Assembly: GCA_027604505.1 (NCBI GenBank)
Contig: JADIIX010000176.1
Span: 1-38,740, forward strand
From: Gonapodya sp. JEL0774
Lineage: Eukaryota
DNA: 38,740 bases
Reading direction: 5' to 3'
Part shown: positions 25,518 through 37,249 of the stretch, one piece after another
Position numbering within the stretch: the first letter of the stretch is position 1
Layout of the letters: each line of letters opens with the position of its first letter
Translations under genes and position numbers: made by a program
Notes under the pieces: generated by a model
Database searches by the model: none
What the model saw: only the letters and a program-made list of their open reading frames with translations
Told to the model about the DNA's origin: nothing

Positions 25518-28500
25518 CTACATGTCTTCCAAAAGATTTTTGTTGTTCAAGCGCGATCTCGTCCCCGGAATATCATGAGGGTTTAGGAGGCTTGCCGCTC
25601 CTAGTCCAATTCCTGCTCCATACGTCACTGCCTGAATGGGGGCCACAATGCCTTGTGATTCACGTCCGAGCCCTTGCCCCGGTTTCCAACCTTGCTTCTC
25701 CAACAGCCGGGAGCCAACGTTCGAAGTAGGGATTCCGTGTTTTGTTGGTTCTTCCGTAATTGTTCGGGTCTGTGTACGCCCGGAGTCAACACGAGCCGGT
25801 TGACCAAATGCTCGTCGCCTCTCTGCGGCACGATTCCTCCATCTTGTGACGGACTGTAAAGGGAGATTGTGATGACTTCGATCACTTGTTAGTCACGCAG
25901 GAAAGATGCCGCGAGCGAAATTACCTGCGTATCTTGCGCTGCTTTGTCAACGAACTTTTGGATGTGTGCTTTTAGTTGCGTCTGTGGTAGGTCTTAATGA
26001 GTTCAAGTCACTTGAATTTTGTTTGTTTAACGGTACCTTGTGCAGTTCGGACAGGGCCTGATGCCGTTTCAGTTTTTCCATAGACTCAAAGCCACGTTGA
26101 CATAGCAGACACGCATTTATGGAAGAATCAATCTGTGTTTCATTGACTTCCTCCTCGGTTGGGATCCGCTTTCCTAAAAGTGAGTATGTGTTGATTCAAT
26201 AAATATGTACAACGCGAACTCACTGTGACCGTTGGCTCGGGCTCCTCCTCTTCTGCCTTTGCGTCTTGACTAATGGCTGTCCACTTTTGAATCTGTACTT
26301 GCTGTTTTTTACCCTGGATAGTGATCAGGGGCTTCTTGTCGGTCGCTGAAACAAACGTGAAACGTTGAATATACGGTGGAAAGATCTCCTCTTCTTGTAG
26401 AATTACCTTTTGCAGCTGAGTCTGTCTCTTCTGCTGTTCGGTTCGCACTGCAATGTAACAGCATTTCCATATTCGATGTTAGCATAATCGTGGTTCAATC
26501 AACACGCAACAGACTCTTGCTGATTTCGAAGAGTTTAGGTCCACTAGTTCAACTTGGAGTCAACTAACTTGCTTTGGTTGATTCCCTGCTGAGATGCTTG
26601 GGCATCTAAGGTGACATAATGACTGTTGATGCCAAGATTACATCCATAACGCCGCGCTTCAACTCACCAGACGATTCCGCGCCGACGATAAACTTCGCAT
26701 CCTTCTCTTTTATCGACGACGAAATGTCTGCACCGACTGTTGCATAAAACGCGCTCATGACATCGTCCACAGAATCTTGTGGCGTTCCCGTTAAAATGGA
26801 ACTGTCCCGTAGCAGTGAATACCAGTGATTCTTACCGGCTTTAGGTGACGACGGTTTTTTCCTCTTCTTTGTCTTGGCCTCCTTCCCTGGGCCAGTAGCA
26901 GGTCCCGCAGTCGCTTCCTCTGGTACAGCTGGCACAGCACTTGCGTACGCTCCTTCGTCCCAATACTGCACCCACACCGGATTACCTTGCAAATCCTTCC
27001 GAGAACTCACAGCCCATGTCGAATAGCCGTAGACGGGGGTGAAAGATCCTTCGTGGGCCCATGAGGATTGGACCGTCTTTCCGTCGACCGAGAAGGCGAG
27101 CTCGGGCGGGCCGATTTGGCTCAGTGCCATCGCCGCGGACGGCATGTCCTTGTACTCAATGAACTGGGAGAATCGCGGCAGTGAGTCAAAGCCAGAAAAC
27201 TGTTCCGTCCGATTGATGGACGTAATGACATCAATGACCCACAGCGAAGCCCCATGATAGGTGTGTTAGGCGGTCACGAATAAGGCGAACTTGTAGAGGA
27301 GGAGGGTTTATCGCCTTGAACGCCGAATAGAGCTGAAAGGGCACAGTTAAACGTCGCACAGTGACCGCTTGTGTTTTCTAACTTTCAACTCACGGTTTCC
27401 TCAGTGGTCATTGTATCCAATCCCCTCACTAGCAAAGTCATGTGAGCGGTTTGTCCTACATCTTGCTGCCCATCGTTTACCCCCCCTTGCGCGTGTAGCC
27501 CGGGATTTCCCGGTCCCGCAGGTGCGAGAGTGGCCTGCGAAAACGCAGCTCCCGGAATTCCATGCATCCCTGAAGGCTGAGAGTACCTGTTGGAGTCAGG
27601 TGTGTAAGAATTGCGGGAGAAATCTACGCGGATGCGGACGCCGGAGATCGTGATGTGCGGATAGTGGGCGTCAACAAATTTGCGGGCGTGCTCGATTGAG
27701 AAGAATTTTGCGAATGCAAAACCCTTGGATTCGCCTGAAGATAATGTCGCAGATAGCGGTTCGAATAAGAAGCAAGGCGTGATTGTAAAAATCATCGAGA
27801 AGCCGGAGAGATGGTTTTGCGGAGGGGATATCGGCGTGGGCATGCACCGGGATAAAATAGACGCTTGGTGAGTTTTCGAATGCCTGAAACTGCACGGCAC
27901 GGAACACTCCAGTCTCAGTGTCGTGAGAGACACTAGGACTGGAGCCCGGCCTGGGTAGGTTGTGCGCATGTGTAAAGACCTGTCTTTTTGTCCCGTACAA
28001 TCTTCACAGATTCCAAGTCCGCACCAAGGCCTGTAAGAGCCGTTTGGATCTGAGTTGTTGGGGGCGCGAGTGGTGGTGGCGTTGTCGTTAGGTTTCGGAA
28101 AGAGAGGCAGGCATTGGGGGAGAAGATGGGACCAGGTCAGTCCATATCATAATGTCCATGACGAGTGCGTATATTAAATGAGGGCGGTCGTTGTCGCCCG
28201 ACAAAAGAGTCCACTCCCCCACGCTTGCCCATTCTCGGCCCCATATTGCCAGGGGCGGAAGTGGCGAGCCCCACCACCAACGCATACGGTGGGTAGGAGT
28301 GAGACAATCTTGCGGCTCAGTAGTTACACTAACATCCATCTCGGTGAAATTGGGCTGGATACCCTGGACGATCACATATATGTTGGGGGCCGTAGAGGAT
28401 TTCAGCCGCTGCAAGGGGGTATGATGGGGTGTAAGAAAAGGAAGGTGTAAGAGAAAGATTGAGAACCCCTAAAGCAAACTTCAAACCCTGACGACCAATC

Positions 28501-28998
28501 AAGAATCCTATAGTCCTATAGTTAGACAGCATCGCCAATGTCTCAGATCGGCAAGGACTTGGACGAAACGTCTAGTTGTGCACCTATCCCGCATCAGGAG
28601 CTCACCGGTCTGTAGTGGTGGCGGTCACTGTCGTCCGACTCATCGTCCTCTCTGTCGTGTCCTCTTCGGCGGCCCAAGCGGGCGTACTGCTCCTCTCTAT
28701 CGCGGGAGCGGCTACGGGACCTCCTTCTGCTGCTGCGTTCCCCACTGTTCTCATTGCTTCCCCCATCGCGCGAGCTCTGATGCCTTCGCTTCGAATAGGG
28801 CGAAGCCGAGCGGTCGCGACCCTTTTGGTCACTAGGGTCGTGTAGGTCATGCTGCCAGCGTCCAGAAGAATCAGCGGATGGTGGTGGCTGCTGCAACTGA
28901 GTCTGGAAGTACTGAGCCGCCTGCAGCTGCTGAAGAAACGCGGTGGCATCAGTGTACTGCTGTTGCTGCTGCGCGTACTGCGATGGGTCGTATGACAT
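25518..28998 (-). CDS. RBM5/RBM10-like RNA-binding splicing factor (RS region, 2 RRM, C2H2 finger, G-patch)
   Basis: Q-rich and RS-rich N-terminus; RRM1 with GESKGFAFAKF; RRM2 starting LLVRGLD; finger CLLCQRGF..LKRHQALSELHK; G-patch NVGSRLLEKQGWKPGQGLGRESQGIVAPI. Confidence 0.88.
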
Positions 28999-29228
28999 TG
29001 TGGGAGTTTTTGTGACGTGCAGCGCGGCCGCCAGAACAAAGCACACTCAAGTTCACATGCAACCACAAGCAGGAACAAATTAGACATGACCGAATAGCGG
29101 ATCACTAAAACGTTGACAAAGTATTTGCTATACCAAATCGAATGGATTTTCCTTTTGTGGTCGTTAGTAAGCCTCAAATGTACCATCCAGGTGACTTCCC
29201 TCCCACCAGTTCATTCGTTTCGATTATA

Positions 29229-31343
29229 ATGCAAGTTTCCAGCGCCCCTCCTCATGCTGCGACAAAATCCATCCCTGATTCTAGTGCCAAGACAACCGCG
29301 CCTTCCGTCCCTCGGCCGGGGTCCCAATCGCGGGAGAAGAGCTCGTCTGCAACAGCTCCCGTCAAGAAAAAGGCACCAGAGCAGGCAGCCAAGCGAGTCA
29401 CCAATGCATAGCGTGTTGATTCGCCCGACTTTCTTCTTACACTTCTGCTGCTCCTCTCCCTACCTCTCCGGTTCGGTGGACAGGCAAGGTCCGGGCCAAA
29501 GTTTCACATTTCGCACAAAGTACAAGAACAATCCACCTCCTCTACCCTTTGAACCGAAGCTCCTGAAGTATCCGTTTGATCGTGACCGCCTCAATCGCTA
29601 TGTTCCCTCCGAACTCACCGACAACGACCAACTGGAGGTTTGGCCCCAAGACCACGAGCTGGGCCTACCTGTGAACCTGTTCACTTTAGGTGTCTTTGAG
29701 AGAGAGTTGCAAAAGGCAGGAACGGGATTGGGTGGGTGTCTCCAGAAGGTGGTCGGAGAGTTCAATCTTGGCAACGGATTGGATATTGCGAAGTTGTCAT
29801 TAAGAGGACTCGCACCCAAAAAGGGAAATGCTTTGATGGACAACTAGGACAGATTATGCAAGAGTTAAGGGAGCTTTGGTGGTGATGCATCCAGTTGTGA
29901 CAACACAACGAAACATCTTAGTGACTCCTACTTGCTGTTCTTGCTGGGCGCGGGATCCAAAAACAAGACTTGGCATTGTTCCTCGGACGAGAGCAACAAA
30001 AATTGCGCCAGCTATCAGCAGCTGCTGTGTGTTGCGTACATCGCCATTTGGCGGCACAGCATTGACACAGTCTCTTGCAATTCTGCAGTGTTCCCGAAAC
30101 CCCAACGACCCGATGATCTCGACCCAAAAGATGCCGCTCTCCTCGTCAACCCGGACCAAATCGCCGCAGCTCCTACCCCTATTACCACCGGTTCAGCTGT
30201 GGTGAAGCCCGCCGGAACTGCTGCCGTGGTGCGACCCAGCAACGTCACCTGGTTGCGCAAGACGCAATACATCTCCGCAGATGCAAGTAAACACTTGGGC
30301 GTCAAGGAGCGTCAGGTCGAGCACGGGTACGCGAGAAAGAGCATTGTATTGAGTAACCGTGTTCGGTGTTGTGATCACTTGCCTGCTTTTCGCTCGGAAG
30401 TCTCGAGCCCATCGCCCCAACCGAGGAGTTACCCCCGGAAGAACTTCTCGCTCGCGTCCGCGCATCGGTCGAGCGCTCCTTCGACTCCGTCAAGACTACA
30501 GATTTATCCCGTCTCCGACACCCCAGCAAACCCGAGCTCCGCGCCATGGAGGCGTATCCTCTCGTACCCGATTTCGAAAATTGGGCTGGTGAATATCTGA
30601 GCTGTGTCTACCAGGATGGAGACCCATTGGGCACGAACAGGACTGTGGTAAGTCTACGCGGGTCGCTGGTGGACCACCCTGGGCTTACGAAATCTTTCTG
30701 TTCATTCAGGTCGATCCCAATCTCGATGCCATACGCCGCGAGTCTGCCCTGCTGAAACCTACCGGAGACGAACATAACATCACCCAAGCTCTCTACCTCC
30801 CCACCGATTCAACCGCTGAGAGAATCCTTCTGAAGCGAAAGCGGGCGGATGCTGGTGAAGAGATTGTGGAGGAGGAAGGAGAGGTCGGTCACAGAGTGTT
30901 GTTATCGTGAGCGCTGTCGTTTTTGTTCTCACGTAAAGTTATGTTCGTATTCAGGTTGCCGAGTTCAAATTTATTCGAGAGTACGACTATGAAAGGCTTG
31001 ATACGCAGTCGCATACCCGTCGTCTTCTTGTCGCCCTCCGCCCGCAGGAAGGAGCAGCAGTTTACAACATTGTCAAGGCTCATATGTTGTTGAAGAAGGC
31101 CAGAACGCGAGTGAGTATTGAAAGTAATGGGAGACGCCTTCTTCTTCGTTCTTCTTGTACTTACATGATGTACTGTGTGCTCACCAGGCTGGGGACATTT
31201 ACGCGGACAATGAGGAAACCCGTCCTGCTCTCTACAAAGTTCGACGGCGTAATTTCACATTGGAGGAGCGAGAACGGCGGAGAAAGAAGTTTGAGGACAT
31301 TATGGAAGCGGACGAGGCAGCACAAATGGTGGAAGAGGAATGA
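29229..31343 (+). CDS. PAF1: RNA polymerase II-associated factor Paf1
   Basis: KYKNNPPPLPFEPKLLKYP, ELGLPVNL, LDPKDAALL, VTWLRKTQYIS, LRHPSKPELRAMEAYPLVPD and FKFIREYD. Confidence 0.88.
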
Positions 31344-31748
31344 GAGGGTTCCTTTGGAGTGATTGTATGAACTGTATTGACAAAGTGCTTTCACTTTTCA
31401 CATCTCGATAATGTAGAGGGAAACACCTCTGGTTTCACAATTGATGTCCAGTCACGACAGCATCTTAGGAAACGCCGAACTGTAGTATATGTGCGCCATT
31501 GGGAACAGCAGACATCGAACGAATGAAATTTTTCAGACACAACTCTGCATGAATACATACTATGGCAAACAGAAACTCAGCTACATACAAAACCACACTT
31601 TCTGTTCATGTAAAATACGCCCTAACCCAATGAAGTAGATCCAGAATGAAGATGCTTAAGTCCTTGTTTCCGTACTAATGCCCTGCTCCTGTGTAAGGTG
31701 TACTGCAAACGTGTACGAGATGGCAGAGTCGTCTTCACACCGGCCGTC

Positions 31749-33847
31749 TCACAGTATCAACTTCCTCCTCTCGTACTCCTTGAAGCGCTGAATGCCATAT
31801 TCGAGATTATCGAACTCCCCGGGGGCGCCAGAGTACGGATTGTCGATGGCCTTCACATGGGATCTCCGTTAAGATGCACCACACATTTGAAGTCCCTGAA
31901 AATTGACTGACCTGCAATATACCCCAGAACCCCCAGTGCAGATGCGCCAGTTGTGCGTACTCCTCTGCTTCTCGTACCACATTGTCAACTTCCATCCGTC
32001 TCCGCTCGCCGTCCAACCTTGGTGATTTGTCCAAATCAGCTTGAGCGTCGATGTAGGCCTCTACAAACCGGCGTCGTTCACTGAGGGTGGGATACTTGTT
32101 CAAATAATCAAGAAAGTGCGGGACGTCGGAGTGGCTGACGTGAGCAGACGTTGGTTAAGTCGAACAATTCAAGGTCAGAGAAAGAATAACACTCACTAGT
32201 CTGCCGCCCACTCGCAAAAGTGATTTGCAATGTCCGCACCACGGAATGTGTAGCCAGCGTACTCTAGAATTGGTTTCGCCCTTCGGTCAGTCCAACGTGT
32301 AAGTCCCATCTGAGATTTCTTGACATACCGTAATCGACAAAGAGAAGAGACCCATCGCCCCGACGTAAAATGTTTCCGTATTGGAGCTATTGCGAAAAGA
32401 CACACAACATGAACACAATTGGTGAACGTGCACGGTACTCAAATAACTCACATCATTGTGTCCGAACACCACCGGCGACTCCACTTTCTCGAGTCTCTCT
32501 TTCAGTTTTTCAAGCTCCTCTCCGTATTTGTCCAGCCCAATCGACTCCACCCGCGCGCGGATTTCAGGCGTCCCCGTGCGTATAAGCTCGGCGGCCACTG
32601 TGAGCGACAATGAATACCATTTGTTCACACGCTCCCATATCTCGGGTGTTGCATCTTCAATAGGGTCTTCGTCGTCGTCTGATGTGTCACGATGCGGAGG
32701 TGATTGCACCAAAGAGCTATTGTCGTCACCGGCAAGTGTGGCGACGGGTGAACCCGGTAGCGTGTTGAAGGAAGCTGAGAGATCACCATAGGAGGCTCCA
32801 GTAGATGTTCGTGTCATCATTTTCTTGAGTCTCGTGATCTCCAGAGGTTCTATTGGGCCAACTGGTCTCTCTGTACTGAACGCGTCATCCGCATCGCCCT
32901 GTTCTTCTTCCACATTCGGAGCAGCTTTCTTTGGAAATCCAAGCGCATTAAACTTGCAGAGCTCCGCCGCAACAAGGTCTGCAGTCTCTGGGCGTCTCAT
33001 CTCAGTGGATGTGAGCGTAGTCGACGGAACAAACTCTTCAAACCTTCCGTTCAAGAAACAACCGAGCAAGCGGGGGCCAACCCCCGAGCGGGAGAGTCTA
33101 ATGAAAAACACGAGCTCACGCTCGCGACGAATGAAGCGGTCGACTCCCAGGCCATACACCCGCAGAAGAACTTTCGGAGGTGTCGTGAACTTCGAGAGGG
33201 AGAATGAGTCTGTACCAGTCGAAATGTACGAGACAATGTATACGCAGTTTGTAAGTGCCCCTGAAACTCGTTGAAGGTGAACGGAGGAAGGGCTCGTGAC
33301 TGCCGACCAAGCTGGGATGAGTTGCTGGAGTATACCGAGAACAGCTGCTTGAAGTGCGGGACCAGAGGTTCCCAGTTTACTAAAATTGAATAATCATACA
33401 AGTGAACATTGGGTAGGAAAGGTGGAAGCAAAAACAAAACGAGGTGATGAAAATGTATGCAGCCTCCGAAAGAAAATCACATGCGCACAACCCACGTTAG
33501 GTCAAGCGTTTCCGGTGTGACCGGAATCCCCTGCCTGCGAAGGAAGGCAAAAACGGGATTCCGAGTCTCGACGGGAACACTTTCGGGGTGATGGCGTTGG
33601 GAAAATACAAACAAAAAGAATTGCAGGGCAACAAGAGGACACAGTTGGGGAATCAGGGAGACAGTTGGTGGAACGTCAGATCACAAAAGGCAAGATATGC
33701 TTACTGGTCAACAACGTCGTCCTCGTGCTCGTGTGCGTCGTGGTGGGTTGCCAAATCGCCAGCAAGAGTAGCATGTTCCGAGGCGACGTCAAGGACTCGA
33801 ACTCTTTTGAGCACAGTCTCTGGGAGAGAACGTTCAGTCGCCATCAT
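31749..33847 (-). CDS. Choline/ethanolamine kinase
   Basis: RISGALTNCVY, VLLRVYG, GPRLLGCFLNGRFEEF, Brenner motif VFGHNDLQYGNIL, LVDYEYAGY..RGADIANHFCEW and HLHWGFWGILQ. Putative ATG at 33847, stop at 31749-31751. Confidence 0.92.
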
Positions 33848-34929
33848 CTTTCCTCCTGTTTGTCGATTCAAAGGGAGATGAGGAACTTTGCAGTTGGCGG
33901 AGTTTGAGGTGGGTCTGGGTGGGTTTATTATCCTGGAGTTCTCTGCTCCTCAACAACGCTGCTCCCGACGGAGATGAGCCCCCAAAATCCAAAATCGTCA
34001 TTGCAATACGTTCTTCAAAATCCACGATAATTAGCGTTGGGACAAGTTATCGATTAATTTCGCATTTCCCTCACTGCGCCAAACTCTGTGGATGCTTTGT
34101 CCACCTTTCCTGTTCATCACATGAAAACTTAGAGTACAGCAATACTTACTGCAAGTTGACTAGACTTAGCAACTGTCGTGGGCTAAAAAATAATCGATCG
34201 GAATTGGGGGTTTGGTCCTGGTCACGTAGGACCAGAAGTTTTGACATTCTGATAAATCTCATTTTCATATTTGAGTTTACATTTAGCTCCGCGTTCAAAT
34301 CGGAGTAGTGAAAGCGTAGCATATTAGTTGCAGACGTGTTGAGTCATGTGGTCCTAGGACACTGGGAGGCAGTGATGTCATATAAATGACTAGGCTTTGT
34401 AGGAGAGGACACTGAATACGAATATGACAAAGCTAAAAAAAAAACGATAAGAAAAGGACAGCGGAACGAAGTATTCTCATTCTACCATTCACTCTTCACT
34501 TGGGAACGTCCTGAGGGGGTCACCACAAGCAAAAGCGTGCTCATTGAAAAGTGATTGTGGGGCCTTTGACTAAACTTCTTTTGCACAAACAAAACAAACG
34601 CCCAGAAGGGCAAACAAGTACATTTGTCATTGTGGTAGTAGTTCTAGGTTCTTCTGGCCTGCTCCAACACCCCAGGTGTCGTGTCAAACACTGTCACCAA
34701 CTTCAATGAATTCTTCTTCCACCCTTGACACCCTTAATTAGCAAGCGCTACAGGGAGCGCAGGGGAACATCCACAACGACGTTTTTTTGCTCTTCTGGTC
34801 TTTCTCTTGTCTTCAAAATCACTGAGTTGCCACCTGTAAACAAACCCTGAACAATCAATTGAAACACAAAAGCAAGAGTCAAGACACAGACAGAACGTTG
34901 AGAAGTCTCGAAGTGGGTTTGTACTAGGA

Positions 34930-36378
34930 AGATGAAGACATGAGGGACTGGGTCTTACACACGTAGGAGATACATGCCAGGGTGCATGATGATGCACCAC
35001 CTGGTGGGTCAATGAATGCAGGAGCACCGGTAGCAGGAATACGTGAGATTGATTACAGGCATGGAATGATTCAGCCTTTTGTCTGGAGGTTGACCAAGGA
35101 GATGACACACTTCGATGCTTGGGTTGATGAGTATGAGAACTGGTACAGGGATTACCCTTATGGTTACAAGGTGTCAATGTTAATGCAGTGCATTGATCCA
35201 AGGGATCAAGCTGGTCTGTTACCAAAGATTCTCGCAAAGGAATTGTTTAAAGACTGTGATTGAGGTGGTTTGAAGTATGATCTTCAGAATAGGTTCGTTA
35301 AAAATGAGAAAACACCTGAGGATTACATGAGCAAATGGAACCAGTTGTTGAAGAGACAAGATTGAGCAGCTTCTCTAAAGGAATGGTCTGATGGAAGTCA
35401 GATGTAAGGTGCATAAGTTGATCACGGAGGTCATGATTACAAGGACAAGCCCTAAGTTACAGGTCCTTGGAGCAATTGAGGGCAATGATAGGAGCTAACA
35501 CTTTTGGGATTGCAATTGAAAAGTTACCCAATGCGGATTTTTTCAAAGGGATTTACAAAGCATGTGGTGATCTCAAGGAAATCAACCCCAAGGTCCCAGC
35601 AATTCTGAAGCCTAGTGCTTTGGAGAACAAAGAGATGGAGAAAAAGATTCTGTCCCACAAGGTGTTGAAGGGTCAATACCATGACCACGTGAATGCTGCA
35701 ATCATGTCTGTTGATCTCGAAGGGGATCAGCATTCTATTAGCTTGATTAAGTCTGCATAATTTCAAATTACTATTCCAGAATCAAGATGGTTGAAGGCAG
35801 ACAAGATATGCTTGTGTCAGATTCAAACAACAACACCAAGCACCATCAAACGCAAAATGCTTGATCAAACACAAAACAACAATGCAGCAAATACCAATCA
35901 AGCTTGATAAGAACCCAAATGGCTTAGATCAACTATGGCGGGAGAAGTTTGAAAGTGTTATATGTGTGGCAAGACTGGTCATTTCCAGTCTCAATCTCTG
36001 GATGGAAGAGATCTGCTCGATTAAGGGATCATCAAGGAAGGAGTCAGGAAGAATGGCAAGACATTCTATGTCTTTGCAGATGGATCTCAAATTTATCACT
36101 CGTGTGAAATACAGGAGTCTGGAAAGTCTATGATCAAATTCATTGAGGAGGAGTGCAAGAAGAAGCAGAGGGAACTGCGCTTCCAAACATTCATGGCTAA
36201 CTGTGACAGAGTGGATTTTGAGCAGGTTTTGCTGCAACCAACACAAGACGATGTTGATTATGCCAAGGTTCGCACCTCATTTGTGAAGATCCCAGTCTCA
36301 GAACTAAGGAATGAGAGATGGATAGCAGAGAGACAAAGTTTTGCTGAGCAAAAGCGAAGGGGGGCTTCATTCTTTTGA
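34930..36378 (+). mobile_element. Decayed retrotransposon gag-like ORF (pseudogene)
   Basis: Capsid-like helical pattern FDAWVDEYENW..KVSMLMQCI..D[W>*]GGLKYDLQNRF..YMSKWNQL, with in-frame stops at 34964, 35261 and 35363 and later frameshifts. No introns evident, CpG-depleted, and no RT/RNaseH/integrase motifs seen. Confidence 0.55.
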
Positions 36379-37249
36379 TTTTAAGAAGTGAAGCCGGTCA
36401 TGCGAGCTGTCTTACTCACCCTGCCACACACTCTTACACCACCGGTTTTCCCTTCAGCTCTTCTGAACTGCAGTAAGACGATAACAGGTGCAAAGGTGTT
36501 TGTGTGCTCAAAGCCCACAGTCAACCCAAACCATGGTGCTGGTGCCACCTCTGCTATCTCAAGCGGAACACCCCATCCCTCCAGAGTTGCCGACAGCAAC
36601 AGCGACAAGAATCCTAGCGATTTGAGTTTGTGTGTGTATTAAGCAACTTTATTGCATAACCTGACCTTATGACTTCATGGTCCACAGTTATGTTGGGATT
36701 CCAGTACAGAAGGGTAGACGCTGACTATCATAGCTAGTGTCTTGCTGTATCTACCCGAGTTGGAATAGTTCTTTGAACTGTATCCACCCACGTTGTGTCC
36801 CTCACCCCATACCCAATATGTGTTCATCTCTTACTTCTGCATTTGCAGGAGTCTCCTTTTGTTCTAGGTGAAGGGTAGGCTTTCCTGCCACCAGGCTGTG
36901 ACATCAAATCAGCAGTCGTACAGATTGATGCACTTGGTTGTTGTTCCTTGGTCAACTGGTCGCTGTTCCGGCAATGCCTCTCTTTCCAAGCCTGCAGCTT
37001 GTGTCTCAGAGGCCTAGTCTGGTTAAACAACCAAGTGGGGAGGTCTCTACTGTTTTTTCACTATGTGCACAGGGCTGTGCCCACAACTGTGATTTTGCCA
37101 CACACTTTGTGTGCCGCAAAAGCAAACCATTGACTCACCCCTCTTTGTGAGTTTTCCCCGACACAAGTGGGCCCAGCACCTATTACCCCCTTCACTTCTT
37201 AAAATCAAAAGAATGAAGCCCCGCTTCGCTTTCGCTCAGCAGAACTTCA

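Noticed and set aside
30553..30562. GTATCCT resembling a U12 intron donor
   Set aside because: It lies inside the conserved Paf1 coding motif EAYPLVPD.
34930..37200. Fanzor/TnpB, transposase or reverse transcriptase in the terminal block
   Set aside because: No RuvC, zinc-finger, DDE or YxDD motifs are recognisable in the supplied ORFs or the frames I translated.
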